A DNA stretch of 64,000 bases from Salpingoeca rosetta (Eukaryota; Protista; Choanoflagellata): assembly GCA_033442325.1 (NCBI GenBank), contig JAWQFM010000010.1, forward strand, positions 1,168,867 through 1,232,866. The letters are read 5' to 3'. The notes beneath the pieces were generated by a model, which worked only from the letters and a program-made list of their open reading frames with translations, was not told the DNA's origin and made no database searches. The translations under genes and the position numbers were made by a program. Of the stretch, positions 56,710 to 64,000 are shown piece by piece. Every line of letters begins with the position of its first letter. The first letter of the stretch is position 1.

Positions 56710-59262
56710 ATGATGGACCATCAACACCACCAAGCACAGGCACAGCAGCGGCGGTGCAGCGGCGACGATCGCACAGACAGCAGCTGCTCTTCCTCGCCAA
56801 CCTGGCCCATGTGGGCCACGGAGGAGACGGCAAACGGCCACGGGTCAGTCGCCAAGCGCATGGTGGCCCAGCGGCCGCCCTGGCACCGCAACTCTCCGCT
56901 CGCCTCCGTCTCTGGCAGCTGCGACTCGCTCCTCGCTGGCCAGGATGACGATGGCCGTTGCGTGCAGTCGCCCCCACCCATTGCGTCCGGCAGGACGCCC
57001 CACAGCAATGACGGCGGCGATGATGGCGACGATGGTGGCAACTACAACAGCGACCACGACGACATTGACGACTTTTCCGATGCCGATGCCGTGCGTGCAG
57101 TGCTCGGCGTTGCCAACACCAGCAACAACAACAGCGACAGCAACAGCAACAGGAGCAACAGCAACAGGCGCAACAGCGAGGACCATGACGGTGCCGGTGA
57201 TGCCGGCTCTGTTGACTCACACGTGTACGAGGATGTGGAGGACGAGGACGAGGCAAGCGTGGGCACGGTGCCAAAGCTGCCACCGCGCATCTACCGCTGG
57301 AGCAAGGTGCGCAAAGACAGCGGTGTCTGTGTCGTGTCCGCAACCACGTCCGCGTCATCCTCTTCAGCCCAACTCGACATTCCCTCCCCAATCAAGGAGG
57401 CCTCCACATCAACCGCCACCAACGACGCAACAACAACAACAGCCACCAACACCACCGACACAACAACAACTGCGAGCAAGGACGAGGTCGCACCAGCGCA
57501 GGCGGCACTTGGCAAGCTGTTTCCCCAGCAAGGCAAGCACAAGCAGCTCCGGCGCCCGCTCACGCCGCCACAGCACCAGCCCATCATCGACGCCGCAGCT
57601 TCTCTCCCGTCGTCCCCGCTCGCGTCACGCCGCTCGTCCGTGCCGGAGGACCTGCAGCACTTCCAGCAGCACCACCTCCACCAGCAACAGCAGCCGCATC
57701 ACCAGCAGCCGCAGCGGGCCCGGCGCGGGTCTGGCCCGTCTTCGGGTCCATCGTCGCGCGGGCGGTCGCCATCGATGTGGCAGCTGTTGTGGCAGCCCAT
57801 CCAGCGGCTCTCACGCTCCCGCTCCCGCTCGCCGCACCCGGCCGAGGCCAGGCCAAAGGGCAAGGGCAAGGGCAAGAGTGGCAACACGAAGAAGCACAAG
57901 CGAGGCAAGGCAAGCAGAGGTGGCAGCGGCAGCGGCAGCAACACCCCGCCCGTGGTGGTGAGCAAGGCAGATGCAAAGCGCGGCTATGCCGTGCCGCAGG
58001 ATGCAGTGCTCGCGCCACGCGACGGCGTCGACTACAGCAGCGTGGACAACAGCAGATGCACAAGCGCATGCAGCAGCGTCAGCAGCACGGGGACGAGTGT
58101 GAGCGGGCTGGACACGTTTGACCGGGAGGCGGCGCTGCGGTCGCCAGAATACGCGCTGGTGCCGGAGGAAGCAGACGGAACGGTGCACGAGCTGCCACGC
58201 CACCGTGACGGCGACGACAATGACGACGCCTTTGATGGTGATGGTGATGATGATGATGATGATGATGGTACGGAGGTTGGGGATAGTGAGAGTGGTAACG
58301 ACTGCAGCAGCGCGTGTGGGGACGATGCCAGCATTGCCACACTGCAGCCACCACAGCACGACAGCCGTGGCACGGACAGCGACGACGTGCAAGCGCAGCA
58401 GCACGAGCAGCAAGAGCAGCAAGAGCACGAGCAGCAAGAGCAGCAGGGGCATAAGGAGGTTAACAGCGCAGAGCAGTGCAGTGAAGAGGCAAGCAGCAAC
58501 GACGTCGACAGCTTGGTGGAAGGGCGAGAGGTCAACTGCGGTGGCGTCGTCGTCACATACCACGCCGTGCCCAGTGTGCAGCAGTGCACCCACTGCAACA
58601 CGACGGACAGCCTGCTGTCCTCCTTTGGCGGCAACACGCAGCACCAGGAGGCGCAGGCCCTGCTTGACCGCATCTACACGCAGATTCCCTCGCGCCAGGA
58701 GCGGAGCCAGACCACGGCTGCCACGGGTGCAGTGACGCCAGACAAGAGCGTTGGCGGCTGGCTCAAGAACAACATGCTTCGCCGCAACAACAACGGCAAC
58801 GGCAACGGCAACACCAGCAAGCAGCAGGTTGCAGCTGCGCAGCTTGTGCGCGTTGGCGTGCCAACCCAACCCATCGACGACGGTGCTGACAGCAACAAGG
58901 CAACAGACACGGCAAGCGACTGCAAAGGAAGCGGCGTCAGTCTTGTGTCTTACGACAACAACGACCTGTGTGCTGAGGTGTGCTATGCCATGGCAGACCC
59001 ACCGCAGCACCCGCTTCGCCGTGGCGTGCATGGTGTCCGTGGCTCCGAGCAGGAGCTGGACAGCGATGAGGACAGCGAGCGCTACGACGAGCTGAGCGAC
59101 TTGAGGAAGAGCGTGGTGTATGCAGAGGTGAACAAAGCGGGGCGCGGCAAGCATGCACGACACGTGTCAGCCACCCCATCGGAGTTGAGTGTTCGTAGTG
59201 ACGGCTACGCTACTGTTGGGCCTTCCACCTCCGGCAGCGTTCGGAGCGGCCGATGGCAGTAG
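56710..59262 (+). CDS. Intronless ~850-aa intrinsically disordered protein with many Tyr-based docking motifs
   Basis: Uninterrupted 2.5-kb ORF with GC3-rich codons and no dinucleotide repeats. First ATG at 56710. Motifs include YEDV, YAVP, YSSV, YALV, YTQI, YDEL, YAEV, YATV and PKLPPR. Confidence 0.75.
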   Translation: MMDHQHHQAQAQQRRCSGDDRTDSSCSSSPTWPMWATEETANGHGSVAKRMVAQRPPWHRNSPLASVSGSCDSLLAGQDDDGRCVQSPPPIASGRTPHSNDGGDDGDDGGNYNSDHDDIDDFSDADAVRAVLGVANTSNNNSDSNSNRSNSNRRNSEDHDGAGDAGSVDSHVYEDVEDEDEASVGTVPKLPPRIYRWSKVRKDSGVCVVSATTSASSSSAQLDIPSPIKEASTSTATNDATTTTATNTTDTTTTASKDEVAPAQAALGKLFPQQGKHKQLRRPLTPPQHQPIIDAAASLPSSPLASRRSSVPEDLQHFQQHHLHQQQQPHHQQPQRARRGSGPSSGPSSRGRSPSMWQLLWQPIQRLSRSRSRSPHPAEARPKGKGKGKSGNTKKHKRGKASRGGSGSGSNTPPVVVSKADAKRGYAVPQDAVLAPRDGVDYSSVDNSRCTSACSSVSSTGTSVSGLDTFDREAALRSPEYALVPEEADGTVHELPRHRDGDDNDDAFDGDGDDDDDDDGTEVGDSESGNDCSSACGDDASIATLQPPQHDSRGTDSDDVQAQQHEQQEQQEHEQQEQQGHKEVNSAEQCSEEASSNDVDSLVEGREVNCGGVVVTYHAVPSVQQCTHCNTTDSLLSSFGGNTQHQEAQALLDRIYTQIPSRQERSQTTAATGAVTPDKSVGGWLKNNMLRRNNNGNGNGNTSKQQVAAAQLVRVGVPTQPIDDGADSNKATDTASDCKGSGVSLVSYDNNDLCAEVCYAMADPPQHPLRRGVHGVRGSEQELDSDEDSERYDELSDLRKSVVYAEVNKAGRGKHARHVSATPSELSVRSDGYATVGPSTSGSVRSGRWQ

Positions 59263-59553
59263 AGATTGTGTGAAGGCGTACCTGATCGCCTGACCGACTT
59301 GCTTACAATATTATTCATGCGCATGCGTGTGTGCGGGGAGGGAGAGAGATGAATCGCGGCACACCTTCCTCGTTTCGTTCCTTTCGTCTTACCACTTTCT
59401 TTGCTTGCCTAATTAAAGAATCGACATTTGGTGAATATTTTGCCACAGAAATCCGCACTTTCTCTGCCTTGCGTTCTGCAAGCAACAACCAATCTCACAC
59501 CACTGACCGAAACAACCACCAAACGCAACCCCCTTCCCCCACGCTCCATCGTC

Positions 59554-63429
<3,876 letters not shown>

Positions 63430-63858
63430 TGCTGTTCCAACCCCATCATCCGCACACTCGCACACACACACACACACAAGCACGCGGTGATGTCATCATC
63501 TCGTGCAGTTGTCCCGGCAGTTCACAGACGTGTGTGTGTGTGTGCATATGTGTGTACGTTTTTTGAGGGGGTTTCCTTCCGTTGTGTGTGCGGTGTTGTG
63601 CCGTCGCTCGGTTGTTTCTGTTTTGTTTCGTGTTGCTGTTGTGCCAGCTGACGTGGGCTGCTTCGGTGTTACAATGAAACACACATCGAATTGCCAGTTG
63701 CACGCTCGCCTGCCTTTCCACCGACCGGGTGTGGTCACACAACGATAGTACAACCACAACAACCACGCACGCGCAGTCACATCACCATCATCCATGCACT
63801 CGTGACACGACAGGCGCGCGCACACACACACACAGACAGACAGACAGACAGGCAAACA

Positions 63859-63898
<40 letters not shown>

Positions 63899-64000
63899 GA
63901 CAGACAGACACACACACACACACAAAACACACACACACAAAACACACAAAAACACACCAAGGTGTCCTCATATCATAGACTGGCCTTGACCAGCATGCCG

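Noticed and set aside
57811-59163. 450-aa minus-strand ORF
   Set aside because: Antisense shadow of the Tyr-motif scaffold ORF; no recognisable motifs.

Overview
Intron-rich, GC-rich eukaryotic DNA in which almost every intron carries (GT)n/(CA)n or related microsatellites. This style and the gene content suggest a choanoflagellate such as Salpingoeca rosetta (inference). Most six-frame ORFs are translations of microsatellites. Manual splicing (GT-AG, phase checked at many junctions) gives about 13 tightly packed genes. In order: the 3' end of a polyQ gene; MSH6; glyoxalase II (HAGH); a secreted TPR + PhyH-type dioxygenase; a single-pass EGF-like membrane protein; MTHFS (last exon not found); amphiphysin/BIN; a hinderin (KIAA1328)-like protein; JMJD8; a DOT1-fold methyltransferase with a probable mitochondrial presequence; a ~16.5-kb gene for a WD40 + ankyrin-like + 6-TM TRP-type cation channel; an intronless multi-tyrosine scaffold ORF; and a proline iminopeptidase with a spliced C-terminal Jupiter/HN1-like PPGG tail. 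There is also a 196-bp tandem repeat with internal inverted repeats and a 100-N assembly gap. No tRNA, rRNA, CRISPR array or transposase was recognised. The strongest candidates for something new are the WD40-TRP channel, the PIP-PPGG fusion, the pTyr scaffold and the polarised GT...CA intron architecture.
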